Of a DNA stretch of 64,000 nt, positions 1 through 8,584 are shown piece after piece. Origin of the DNA: an uncultured Alphaproteobacteria bacterium. GTDB lineage: Bacteria > Pseudomonadota > Alphaproteobacteria > Acetobacterales > Acetobacteraceae. The DNA lies in the NCBI GenBank assembly GCA_963848205.1, contig CAWKCV010000002.1, forward strand, positions 195,817 to 259,816, written 5' to 3'. The translations under genes and the position numbers were made by a program. The notes below the pieces were generated by a model. It was not told the DNA's origin, ran no database searches, and was given only the letters and a program-made list of their open reading frames with translations. How positions within the stretch are numbered: the stretch's first letter is position 1; each line of letters opens with the position of its first letter.

Positions 1-584
1 TTGGGCCGGTCGGTATGATGGTCATTACACTGGGAGCCGGTGTGCACGGCTTTACCCTGGACCGCGAGGCAGGCGCTTATACACTCACTCATCCGAACAT
101 GCGCATTCCGGAAGACGGACGCGAGCTCGCTATCGATGCAGCGCTGGAGCCCCATTGGGAGACGCCCATAAAGCGGTTTGTCCAGGAATACACCAGCCGC
201 GGTGCCCCCGAGGGAGGACGAAGCTGCACGATCCGTTGGATCGATAGCCTCGTGGCCGAAGTGCACCGCATTCTGCTCAGGGGCGGTGTTTTCCTGCATC
301 CGCGTGATACCCGCGACACGAGCAGGCCGGGTCATGTTCGCGTGCTCACCGAAGCGAACCCGATTGCCATGCTGATCGAACAGGCGGGTGGTGCGGCGAG
401 TACTGGCCGCATGCCTGTTCTCGACGTCATTCCCTCGCATCTTTTGCAGGAAATGCCGCTGATTCTCGGCACACGGCGAGATGTTGAGAGATTGCAGAGT
501 TACCACCATGCGTATGACCGAGGTGAATCGATGGTGTTTGAAGCACCATTGTTCCGGCAACGCAGCATTTTTAGGACTGCCTGA
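1..584 (+). CDS. cbbF: fructose-1,6-bisphosphatase class 1, C-terminal ~190 aa (5' end lies outside the window)
   Basis: The frame of ORF 15..584 stays open back to base 3. The translation (GVHGFTLDREAGAYTLTHPNMRIP, EANPIAMLIEQAGG) is FBPase-like. It is followed directly by prk, fba and gph, the cbb operon context. Confidence 0.85.
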   Translation, partial: GPVGMMVITLGAGVHGFTLDREAGAYTLTHPNMRIPEDGRELAIDAALEPHWETPIKRFVQEYTSRGAPEGGRSCTIRWIDSLVAEVHRILLRGGVFLHPRDTRDTSRPGHVRVLTEANPIAMLIEQAGGAASTGRMPVLDVIPSHLLQEMPLILGTRRDVERLQSYHHAYDRGESMVFEAPLFRQRSIFRTA

Positions 585-586
585 GT

Positions 587-1462
587 ATGTCCGTCAAACA
601 TCCGATTGTTGCCATCACCGGGTCGTCTGGCGCTGGGACCACGACCGTCATGTGGACCTTTCAGCAGATTTTCAGGCGAGAAGGCGTCATACCGGCAATT
701 GTCGAAGGAGACGCGTTCCATCGTTTCGACCGGCAGGAAATGCGCGCACGCATGGCCGACGAGACGAAGGCGGGAAACGAGCATTTCAGTCATTTCGGGC
801 CTGAGAGCAACCTGTTTGCCGAATTGGAGGCTTTGTTCCGCGACTATGGAAAGACCGGGATCGGTCGCACGCGGAAATATCTGCATGACTCCGAAGAGGC
901 GGCACCCTTCGGCCAGCCGCCCGGAACATTCACGCCCTGGACCGATTTGGGCGAGGGTACCGACGTGCTTTTCTATGAAGGCCTGCATGGCGGTGTGAAG
1001 ACTGAGAAATTCAACATTGCCGGCGAAGTCGATCTTCTGATTGGCGTGGCGCCAACCGTCAACCTGGAGTGGATCCAGAAACTTCATCGCGACAAGCGCT
1101 CACGTGGTCACAGCCACGAGGCTGTGGTCGATACGATACTTCGCCGTATGCCCGATTATGTGAACTACATCTGCCCACAATTTTCGGAAACTCACGTCAA
1201 CTTTCAGCGTGTGCCTACGGTCGACACCTCTAATCCGTTCGTTGCACGCGATATCCCGAACGCGGACGAGAGCATGCTCGTCATTCGCTTCCGCGATCCG
1301 AAGGGAATCGATTTTCCGTATCTCCTGTCGATGCTGAAGGACGGTTTCATGTCACGTGCAAACACGATCGTCTGCCCCGGTGGCAAAATGACTTTGGCAA
1401 TGCAGCTCATCTTCACGCCGATGATCTGGCAGTTGATGGACCGTAAGAAACGCGCCTTCTAA
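587..1462 (+). CDS. cbbP: phosphoribulokinase
   Basis: 291 aa. N-terminal P-loop HPIVAITGSSGAGTTTV and overall bacterial PRK-like sequence. Starts 3 nt after the FBPase stop. Confidence 0.9.
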   Translation: MSVKHPIVAITGSSGAGTTTVMWTFQQIFRREGVIPAIVEGDAFHRFDRQEMRARMADETKAGNEHFSHFGPESNLFAELEALFRDYGKTGIGRTRKYLHDSEEAAPFGQPPGTFTPWTDLGEGTDVLFYEGLHGGVKTEKFNIAGEVDLLIGVAPTVNLEWIQKLHRDKRSRGHSHEAVVDTILRRMPDYVNYICPQFSETHVNFQRVPTVDTSNPFVARDIPNADESMLVIRFRDPKGIDFPYLLSMLKDGFMSRANTIVCPGGKMTLAMQLIFTPMIWQLMDRKKRAF

Positions 1463-1506
1463 ATCGACGATAATTATTATCCGGCAATCGAAGCGGAGAG
1501 ACCAAA

Positions 1507-2565
1507 ATGGCTTTAGTGGCAATGCGGCAGCTTCTGGATCATGCAGCTGAGAACAGTTACGGCATACCTGCATTCAACGTAAACAATATGGAGCAGATAC
1601 AAGCGATCATGCAGGCGGCGGATGGGGCAAATTCCGCGGTAATACTTCAAGGTTCAGCCGGCGCTCGCAAATATGCGGGAGAAGCGTTCTTGCGGCACCT
1701 TGTGGCTGCTGCGGTGGAGACCTGGCCGCATATTCCGATCGCGATGCACCAGGATCATGGGGCGAGCGCCGCGGTTTGCTTGCGGGCCATCCGGTCGGGT
1801 TTCACCAGCGTGATGATGGATGGTTCGCTGATGGAAGACATGAAAACGCCAGCGAGCTACGAGTATAATTGCGACGTCACCAAATATGTTGTTGGCATGG
1901 CCCACGATGTCGGGGTGACCGTAGAGGGTGAGTTGGGCTGCCTGGGTTCGCTGGAAAGCGGCGAAGCTGGGGAGGAAGACGGATCTGGAGCTGAAGGCAA
2001 ACTCACGCACGATCAGATGCTGACGGATCCGGATCAGGCCGCCGATTTCGTCGCGAGAACGGGCGTTGACGCTTTGGCGATCGCGATCGGCACGAGCCAC
2101 GGCGCTTATAAGTTCTCGCGCAAGCCTACCGGGGACATTCTGGCGATCGACCGGATTGCCGCGATACACGCAAAACTCCCCAATACGCATCTCGTCATGC
2201 ACGGGTCGTCCTCGGTTCCGCAGGAATGGTTGGCGATCATCCGCGAGCATGGCGGCGCCATCAAGGAAACGTTCGGCGTGCCGGTCGAGGAAATCAAAGA
2301 GGGCATCCGTCATGGCGTGCGCAAGATCAACATCGATACCGACATTCGTCTGTCGATGACGGGGGCGATGAGGCGCTTGATGGGGCAGAAGCCGGAGGAG
2401 TTCGATCCACGCAAGTTCCTGGCCGCCGCCGTGATTGCCGCGCGCGATCTGTGTCAGGCGCGCTTTGAGGAGTTCGGGTCCGCCGGTCACGCCGACAAGA
2501 TCAAGCCAGTTCCTCTGGAGATGATGGCCTCGCGCTACGCTCGTCCTGCACAACGCGCGGCGTAA
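1507..2565 (+). CDS. cbbA: fructose-bisphosphate aldolase class II (Calvin-cycle type)
   Basis: 352 aa. [30 protein letters not shown] and GTSHGAYKF are class II FBA signatures. GGAGAG ribosome-binding site upstream. Confidence 0.9.
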   Translation: MALVAMRQLLDHAAENSYGIPAFNVNNMEQIQAIMQAADGANSAVILQGSAGARKYAGEAFLRHLVAAAVETWPHIPIAMHQDHGASAAVCLRAIRSGFTSVMMDGSLMEDMKTPASYEYNCDVTKYVVGMAHDVGVTVEGELGCLGSLESGEAGEEDGSGAEGKLTHDQMLTDPDQAADFVARTGVDALAIAIGTSHGAYKFSRKPTGDILAIDRIAAIHAKLPNTHLVMHGSSSVPQEWLAIIREHGGAIKETFGVPVEEIKEGIRHGVRKINIDTDIRLSMTGAMRRLMGQKPEEFDPRKFLAAAVIAARDLCQARFEEFGSAGHADKIKPVPLEMMASRYARPAQRAA

Positions 2566-2566
2566 T

Positions 2567-3217
2567 ATGCGCACTTTAGCTTTCGACCTGGACGGTACTC
2601 TGACGAACTCCGTCCCCGACATCGCGGCTTCGGTAAACCGGACGCTTGCTACACGGGGATTGCCGAGCGTGGCCACCGCCGATGTTGCCGCCATGGTGGG
2701 CGATGGTCTGCAGCCGCTGATCGATCGCGCCTTCGCCGCTGTTGGGGCAGTTCCTGATGCGCAAGCCGGCATCGACTATCTCCACGATTACGAGGGTCAG
2801 GTTGCTGTCCATACGAAGCTGTATCCAGGGGTAGAAGCAGCCCTCGAGACACTGATCGCGGATGGTTGGACCCTTGCCGTCTGTACCAACAAACCCGAGA
2901 ACGCCGCTCGTTTGTTGCTGTCCGCGCTGGGCGTCGCCGATAAATTTGCGGCAGTTGGCGGTGGCGACAGCTTTGCTGCTTGCAAACCGGACCCGCGGCA
3001 TCTTCTTGGGACGATACAAGCTGCAGGCGGCACACCCGCGCGTGCTCTCATGGTCGGCGATCACAGTAATGACGTTCGGGCCGCTACCGGTTGCGGCATG
3101 CGAGCAGTCTTTGCAGGTTGGGGTTATGGCCGGCCGGGGATGGAGGAAGGCGCGGTTTGTGTTGCGCGTGATTTACCCGAGTTCGTCCGTATTGCGGGGG
3201 AGCTTCTTCCGGCCTAG
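2567..3217 (+). CDS. gph: phosphoglycolate phosphatase (HAD family)
   Basis: 216 aa. DLDGTL HAD motif I at the N-terminus and a GDHSNDV motif. Starts 2 nt after the aldolase stop, the cbbZ position. Confidence 0.8.
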   Translation: MRTLAFDLDGTLTNSVPDIAASVNRTLATRGLPSVATADVAAMVGDGLQPLIDRAFAAVGAVPDAQAGIDYLHDYEGQVAVHTKLYPGVEAALETLIADGWTLAVCTNKPENAARLLLSALGVADKFAAVGGGDSFAACKPDPRHLLGTIQAAGGTPARALMVGDHSNDVRAATGCGMRAVFAGWGYGRPGMEEGAVCVARDLPEFVRIAGELLPA

Positions 3218-3597
3218 ATCGCGTCGCCATCAGCAGCTTCCGGGTGCAGCAGAAACACCCCTGGCGAGAGTTTTGTGCCGCACGCAGCCCGGACCTAGCC
3301 AGCCTGGCGGTTTGCCCGGGCGAATGATGCCAAGACGCTGACGCGTTTTGAGGCAAAAAATGCTCGACTTTCGTATTGACATTGGATAGCGTTTGCCCAG
3401 TAGCTGAGGGGCGCCGGTATGTTCGACACTGCACTGAGTTGGTGTATGTCTCATCCGCTGGAAAGCGTGGGTGGTCTCGTCGTATTCGCGGTTGCGTTTG
3501 CACTCTTCCTCGTGCCCCGCATTCACGAAACTACCTCGCACGGCCATCCAAGATGCTGATGTCGGATTCCTGACAGCCGGTAGCCCGGCGGCTCTTT

Positions 3598-5883
3598 TCA
3601 GAGAAGAGCATTTTTCCTGTCCGACGCCTGATGCGCTGCCAGAACGGCCATGTCCACCACGGTACTCACCGAAGCGCTCATTGATACGAGTTGCACGGCG
3701 TACGACATACCCAACAAAAGCGGCCCCAGGGCACTCCCGCCACCAAGGCGCGGCGCCAGCCGGCTGACGATATGGGCCGAGTGCAATCCTGGCATTACCA
3801 AGACATTTGCATTGCCCGTCAACCGGCAGAACGGATAGAGCGCGCGCACGGCAGGCTCCAGCGCCACATCGGGAGACATGTCGCCGTCGAACTCGAAATC
3901 GACGCCGCGCTGTTCCAGGATCGCGACCGCCTCGCGTATGCCGTGCACGGTCGTGTGCATCGGCTGGCCGAACGTGGAATGCGACAGCAGCGCCACCCTT
4001 GGGTGCGCGCCCAGGCGGCGTGCGTGGTCGGCCGCACCTTGTGCAATGTCGGCCAGCAAGGTTGGCGATGGCCGCTCATGCATCAGCGTGTCGGCAATGA
4101 ACAATGTCTCGCGCGTGCCGAGCATCATCGTCAGTCCGAACGCGGTGCAACCTGGTGCTGGATCGATGGCGAGATTGATCGCGTCCAGGCACACGGACCG
4201 TGCACGCGTGAGGCCGGTGAGCATCGCGTCCGCATCGCCCGCGGCGAGCATGGCGGCGGCAAACACGTTACGGTCCTGATTGACCATCCGCTGCACGTCG
4301 CGATGCAGATAGCCGCGCCGCTGCAGGCGTGCGTAGAGCAGATCGGTGTAACGGGCTGTGTGGGTCGAGACGCGCGCATTGTGGATTTCGATTTCCTCGG
4401 GCAAAGCCAAACCGAGTTTTGCCAACGTGGCGTGCACGCGGTCTTCCCGCCCGATCAGCACTGCGCTGCCGAACCCGCGGCGCGTGTAATCGATGGCGGC
4501 GCGCACCACCTTTTCTTCCTCGCCTTCCGCGAACACGATCTTCTGCGGCGCCGAGCGCACGCTTTCCATGATCATGTCGAGCGCGTTGGCCGTCGGATCG
4601 AGACGCCCGGAAAGGTCGCGCGTGTAGCGCCGCAGATCAGCCATCGGCTTGCGCGCGACGCCGCTATCCATCGCCGCGCGCGCGACCGCCGGCGGAATGC
4701 GAAAGATCAGCCGTGGGTCGAATGCATTGGGAATGATGTAGTCCGGCCCGAAACGCAACTGGCGCGCGCTGGCAGCATGCACTTCGTCGGGCACGTCCTC
4801 GCGCGCCAGTGCGGCGAGCGCTTGGGCAGCGGCGATCTTCATGGCTTCATTGATCGTGCTCGCGCGCACATCGAGCGCCCCGCGGAAAATATAGGGAAAG
4901 CCAAGAACGTTGTTGACCTGATTTGGATAGTCGCTGCGGCCGGTGGCGATGATCGCGTGCGGGCTGGCCGCGCGCGCCTCTTCCGGCGTAATCTCCGGGT
5001 CGGGGTTGGCCATAGCGAAAATTACCGGCCGCTCCGCCATTGCGCGCACCATGTCCTGGGTGATCGCGCCCTTCACCGACAGGCCGAACACCGCATGGGC
5101 ACCTTCCAGCGCCTCGGCCAGCGTGCGCGCCGGCGTGTCCGACGCGTGGGCCGATTTCCATTGATTGAGGTCCGTGCGGCCACGATGCACAACGCCCTTG
5201 GTATCGCACAGCACGATGTTGGTGCCGCGCGCACCCATCGCCTTCAGCAGCTCCACGCACGCGATCGCGGCCGCTCCTGCGCCGTTCACAACCAGGCGCG
5301 TATCGGCCAAATCGCGATCGGTCAGGTGGCAAGCATTGATCAACCCGGCGGCCGCCACGATCGCGGTGCCATGCTGGTCGTCGTGGAACACCGGAATATC
5401 CATGAGTTCGCGTAAGCGCTGCTCTATGATGAAGCATTCCGGCGCGCGTATATCCTCCAGATTGATGCCGCCGAAACTGGGTGCGAGATAGCGCACGCAG
5501 TTGATGAACGCTTCGGTATCCTCGGTGTCGACTTCGAGATCGATGCCGTCCACATCGGCAAATCGCTTGAACAGGGCGACCTTGCCTTCCATCACCGGCT
5601 TGCTCGCCAGCGCACCGAGATTGCCCAACCCCAGCACTGCGGTGCCGTTGGATATCACGGCGACCATATTGCCGCGCGTCGTATATTCGTAGGCGAGCGC
5701 CGGGTCGCGTGCGATGCGCAGGCACGGCTCGGCTACGCCCGGCGAATAGGCCAGGCTCAGATCGCGCGCCGTGGTGATCGGCTTGGTGATCCGCGTCTCG
5801 AGCTTGCCCGGCCGCCCACTCGCATGCAGCGCCAGCGCTTCCTCGGCGGTAATCCGCGCAGATGCGGCCTCGCTGTCTGACAT
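3598..5883 (-). CDS. maeB: NADP-dependent malic enzyme with C-terminal phosphotransacetylase-like domain
   Basis: 761 aa. N-terminal malic enzyme region (LSLAYSPGVAEPC, NGAGAAAIA) followed by a long PTA-like C-terminal half. Confidence 0.9.
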   Translation of the reverse strand: MSDSEAASARITAEEALALHASGRPGKLETRITKPITTARDLSLAYSPGVAEPCLRIARDPALAYEYTTRGNMVAVISNGTAVLGLGNLGALASKPVMEGKVALFKRFADVDGIDLEVDTEDTEAFINCVRYLAPSFGGINLEDIRAPECFIIEQRLRELMDIPVFHDDQHGTAIVAAAGLINACHLTDRDLADTRLVVNGAGAAAIACVELLKAMGARGTNIVLCDTKGVVHRGRTDLNQWKSAHASDTPARTLAEALEGAHAVFGLSVKGAITQDMVRAMAERPVIFAMANPDPEITPEEARAASPHAIIATGRSDYPNQVNNVLGFPYIFRGALDVRASTINEAMKIAAAQALAALAREDVPDEVHAASARQLRFGPDYIIPNAFDPRLIFRIPPAVARAAMDSGVARKPMADLRRYTRDLSGRLDPTANALDMIMESVRSAPQKIVFAEGEEEKVVRAAIDYTRRGFGSAVLIGREDRVHATLAKLGLALPEEIEIHNARVSTHTARYTDLLYARLQRRGYLHRDVQRMVNQDRNVFAAAMLAAGDADAMLTGLTRARSVCLDAINLAIDPAPGCTAFGLTMMLGTRETLFIADTLMHERPSPTLLADIAQGAADHARRLGAHPRVALLSHSTFGQPMHTTVHGIREAVAILEQRGVDFEFDGDMSPDVALEPAVRALYPFCRLTGNANVLVMPGLHSAHIVSRLAPRLGGGSALGPLLLGMSYAVQLVSMSASVSTVVDMAVLAAHQASDRKNALL

Positions 5884-5959
5884 GTCCCGGCGTCTCCCCT
5901 GACGAGCGGCCAGCCTACGGGCTTGTCATCGCAGGGGCAAAACCGGCAAGCCTACGACG

Positions 5960-8557
5960 ATGAAAGCCGCCGACGCCCCCTCGCCCGCCCCGTCGCCCGC
6001 GATGGCGCAATGGTTTGCGCTGAAGGCCGAGCACCCCGACGCGCTGCTATTCTTCCGCATGGGCGACTTCTTCGAAATGTTCTTCGACGATGCGCAGGCG
6101 GCGGCCTCCGCACTCGACATCGCGCTCACCCAACGCGGCGAACATGCCGGCGCGCCGATCCCGATGTGCGGCGTGCCGGTGGTCAATTCCGACCTGTACC
6201 TCGCCCGCCTGATCCGCCGGGGCTTCCGCGTCGCCATCGCCGAGCAGATGGAGGCCGCCAGCGCGCGCACCACCAAGGGCCCGCTCAAACGCGCCATCGT
6301 GCGGCTGATCACTCCCGGCACACTCACGGAAGACACGCTGCTCGAACCCGGCCGCCCGAACCTGCTGCTGGCGCTGACCGAGGCTGGCGGCGCGCTGGGT
6401 GCGGCCTGGCTCGACGTCTCGACCGGCCTGTTCGAAACTTGCGAGCTGAGCGCAGCAGGTTTGCCGGCGTTGCTCGGCCGCCTGGATCCGGCCGAAATCC
6501 TCGCCGCCGACGCGATCGACCTCGCCGACTGGTCCAGCCGACGCGCGCCGGCGATGGCATCACCCGCCGCCAAAGCAGCCCGCCAGCGTGTGGCCGAAAC
6601 CTTCGCCGTCGCCAGCCTCGACGCATTCGGCAGCTTCTCCGACGCCGAAGCGACCGCCGCCGCACTGGCGCTGGACTACGTCAAACTCACCCAGGCCGGC
6701 CGCATGCCCCGCCTCTCGCGCCCGGTGCCAACGGGTGAGACGCGCGCGATGGCGATGGATGCGGCGACCCGCGCCAGCCTGGAACTGCTGCGCGCGCGTG
6801 ACGGCGGCACCGACCTCACGCTGCTCGCCAGCGTCTCACGCACGCTCAGCGCACCGGGCGCACGCCTGCTCGCCGCCTGGATCGCCTGCCCGCTGACGGA
6901 GCCCACCGCCATCGCCGCACGCCAGGACGGCTGGTCGTTTCTGGCCGCCGAGCCCGCGCGCCTGGCCGCGTTGCGCCAGGCCATTCGCGGCGCACCGGAC
7001 ATGGCACGAGCGTTGGGCCGCGCCAGCCTGGGCCGCGCCATGCCGCGCGATCTCGCCGCCATCCGCCTCGGCCTGAACGCGGCCGCCGCCTGCGCTGCCA
7101 TCCTCGAAGGCCCCTGCCCGGCCATCGTCGCCGCCGCCCGCACGTCGCTGGAAGGCGCGCCTGCTCTCTCCGCCCTGCTGGCACGCGCCCTGTCCGATCC
7201 GGTGCCCGCGCGGCTCGACGATGGCGGCATCATCGCGCCCGGCTATGACGGCGAGCTCGATGCAGAACGCACGCTGCGTGACGACAGCCGCCGCGTCGTC
7301 GGCGCGCGCCAGCTCGACTATGCGCAACGCTTCGGCGTCGCGAGCCTGAAAATCCGCCATCACGCCCAGCTCGGCTACGTCATCGAGGCGCCGGCCACCG
7401 CCGTGGAGGCCCTTCGCGCGCATCCCGACCTCACGCTGCGCCAAGGCATGGCGAACGGGGCGCGCTTCACCTACCCCGAACTCTCCGAGCTCGACCGGCG
7501 GATCACCGAAGCCGCCGGGCGCGCCGAGGCACGCGAGCGGGCGCTGTTCGCGACCCTGGTCGCCGCCATCGTGGCAAACACCGAGGCGATCGACGCGGCG
7601 GCCAGCGCATTGGCCGAGATCGACGTGCTGCAATCCTGCGCGCGCCTGGCGGAAGGCGGCGACTGGTGTCGGCCCGAGATAAGCGAGACGGACGCGTTCT
7701 GCATCACCGCCGGCCGCCATCCCGTGGTCCAGGGCGCCATCCGGGGCGCCGCCTTCGTGCCAAACGATTGCGACCTCTCGCCCGACCGTCGGCTTTTATT
7801 GCTGACGGGCCCCAACATGGCCGGCAAATCCACGTATTTGCGGCAGAACGCGCTGATTGCGATCCTTGCCCAGGCCGGTCTGCCGGTGCCGGCGGCCGCC
7901 GCGCGCATCGGCATCGTGGACCGGCTGTTCAGCCGGGTGGGCGCGGCCGACGAGCTGGCACGCGGTCGCTCGACCTTTATGGTCGAGATGATCGAGACGG
8001 CGGCCATCCTGCATCAGGCGGGGCCGCGCAGCCTGGTGATCGTGGACGAGATCGGCCGCGGCACCTCGACGCTGGACGGGCTGGCGATAGCCTGGTCGGT
8101 GCTCGAAGCGCTGCACAGCCAGCTGCGCTGCCGCACGATCTTTGCCACGCACTTTCACGAGCTGGCGCGGTTGACCGAGACGCTGCCGCGCCTGCGTCCG
8201 CACCGGATGACGGTGCGCGAATGGCGCGGCGATGTGGTGTTCCTGCACGAGGTGGCCGAGGGCGCGGCCGGCCGAAGTTGGGGCGTGCATGTCGCCCGGC
8301 TCGCCGGTGTGCCGGCCGCGGTGGTGCGCCGCGCGGCCAGCCTGCTCGCCGGGCTCGAGCGTGAGCGTGCACCGCTCGTGGCCGACCTGCCGCTGTTCGC
8401 CGGCCTGCCGGAGCCGGCCGCGCGAGATGCGCTGCGCGAGCGCCTTGCAGGTATCGACCCTGACCAGATGAGCGCACGCGACGCGCTGGCGCTGATCTAC
8501 GAGCTGAGATCGCTCGCCGAGCCTTGCATGCATGACACAGAGGAGAGGCCTGCGTAA
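5960..8557 (+). CDS. mutS: DNA mismatch repair protein MutS
   Basis: 865 aa. N-terminal PAMAQWFALKAEHPDALLFFRMGDFFEMFFDDA, Walker A GPNMAGKSTYLRQ and STFMVEM motif. Confidence 0.95.
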   Translation: MKAADAPSPAPSPAMAQWFALKAEHPDALLFFRMGDFFEMFFDDAQAAASALDIALTQRGEHAGAPIPMCGVPVVNSDLYLARLIRRGFRVAIAEQMEAASARTTKGPLKRAIVRLITPGTLTEDTLLEPGRPNLLLALTEAGGALGAAWLDVSTGLFETCELSAAGLPALLGRLDPAEILAADAIDLADWSSRRAPAMASPAAKAARQRVAETFAVASLDAFGSFSDAEATAAALALDYVKLTQAGRMPRLSRPVPTGETRAMAMDAATRASLELLRARDGGTDLTLLASVSRTLSAPGARLLAAWIACPLTEPTAIAARQDGWSFLAAEPARLAALRQAIRGAPDMARALGRASLGRAMPRDLAAIRLGLNAAAACAAILEGPCPAIVAAARTSLEGAPALSALLARALSDPVPARLDDGGIIAPGYDGELDAERTLRDDSRRVVGARQLDYAQRFGVASLKIRHHAQLGYVIEAPATAVEALRAHPDLTLRQGMANGARFTYPELSELDRRITEAAGRAEARERALFATLVAAIVANTEAIDAAASALAEIDVLQSCARLAEGGDWCRPEISETDAFCITAGRHPVVQGAIRGAAFVPNDCDLSPDRRLLLLTGPNMAGKSTYLRQNALIAILAQAGLPVPAAAARIGIVDRLFSRVGAADELARGRSTFMVEMIETAAILHQAGPRSLVIVDEIGRGTSTLDGLAIAWSVLEALHSQLRCRTIFATHFHELARLTETLPRLRPHRMTVREWRGDVVFLHEVAEGAAGRSWGVHVARLAGVPAAVVRRAASLLAGLERERAPLVADLPLFAGLPEPAARDALRERLAGIDPDQMSARDALALIYELRSLAEPCMHDTEERPA

Positions 8558-8584
8558 TGTCATCGCAAGTCCGGGTGTCGGAGC

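Noticed and set aside
3585-3625. Possible 12th, degenerate copy of the palindromic element (GGCTCTTTTCAGAGAAGAGCATTTTTCC) at the maeB 3' end
   Set aside because: It has only a 5-bp stem and loose flank similarity, and it overlaps the last maeB codons. It is too weak to call without a statistical model.
3691-5415. 574-aa ORF antisense to maeB, with similar long antisense or alternative-frame ORFs across the window (for example 42039..43547 opposite ftsZ, 55105..56148, 50113..51219, 51520..52893, 54394..55356)
   Set aside because: Each overlaps a gene with clear family signatures and has Arg/Pro/Gly/His-dominated composition typical of out-of-frame GC-rich sequence.
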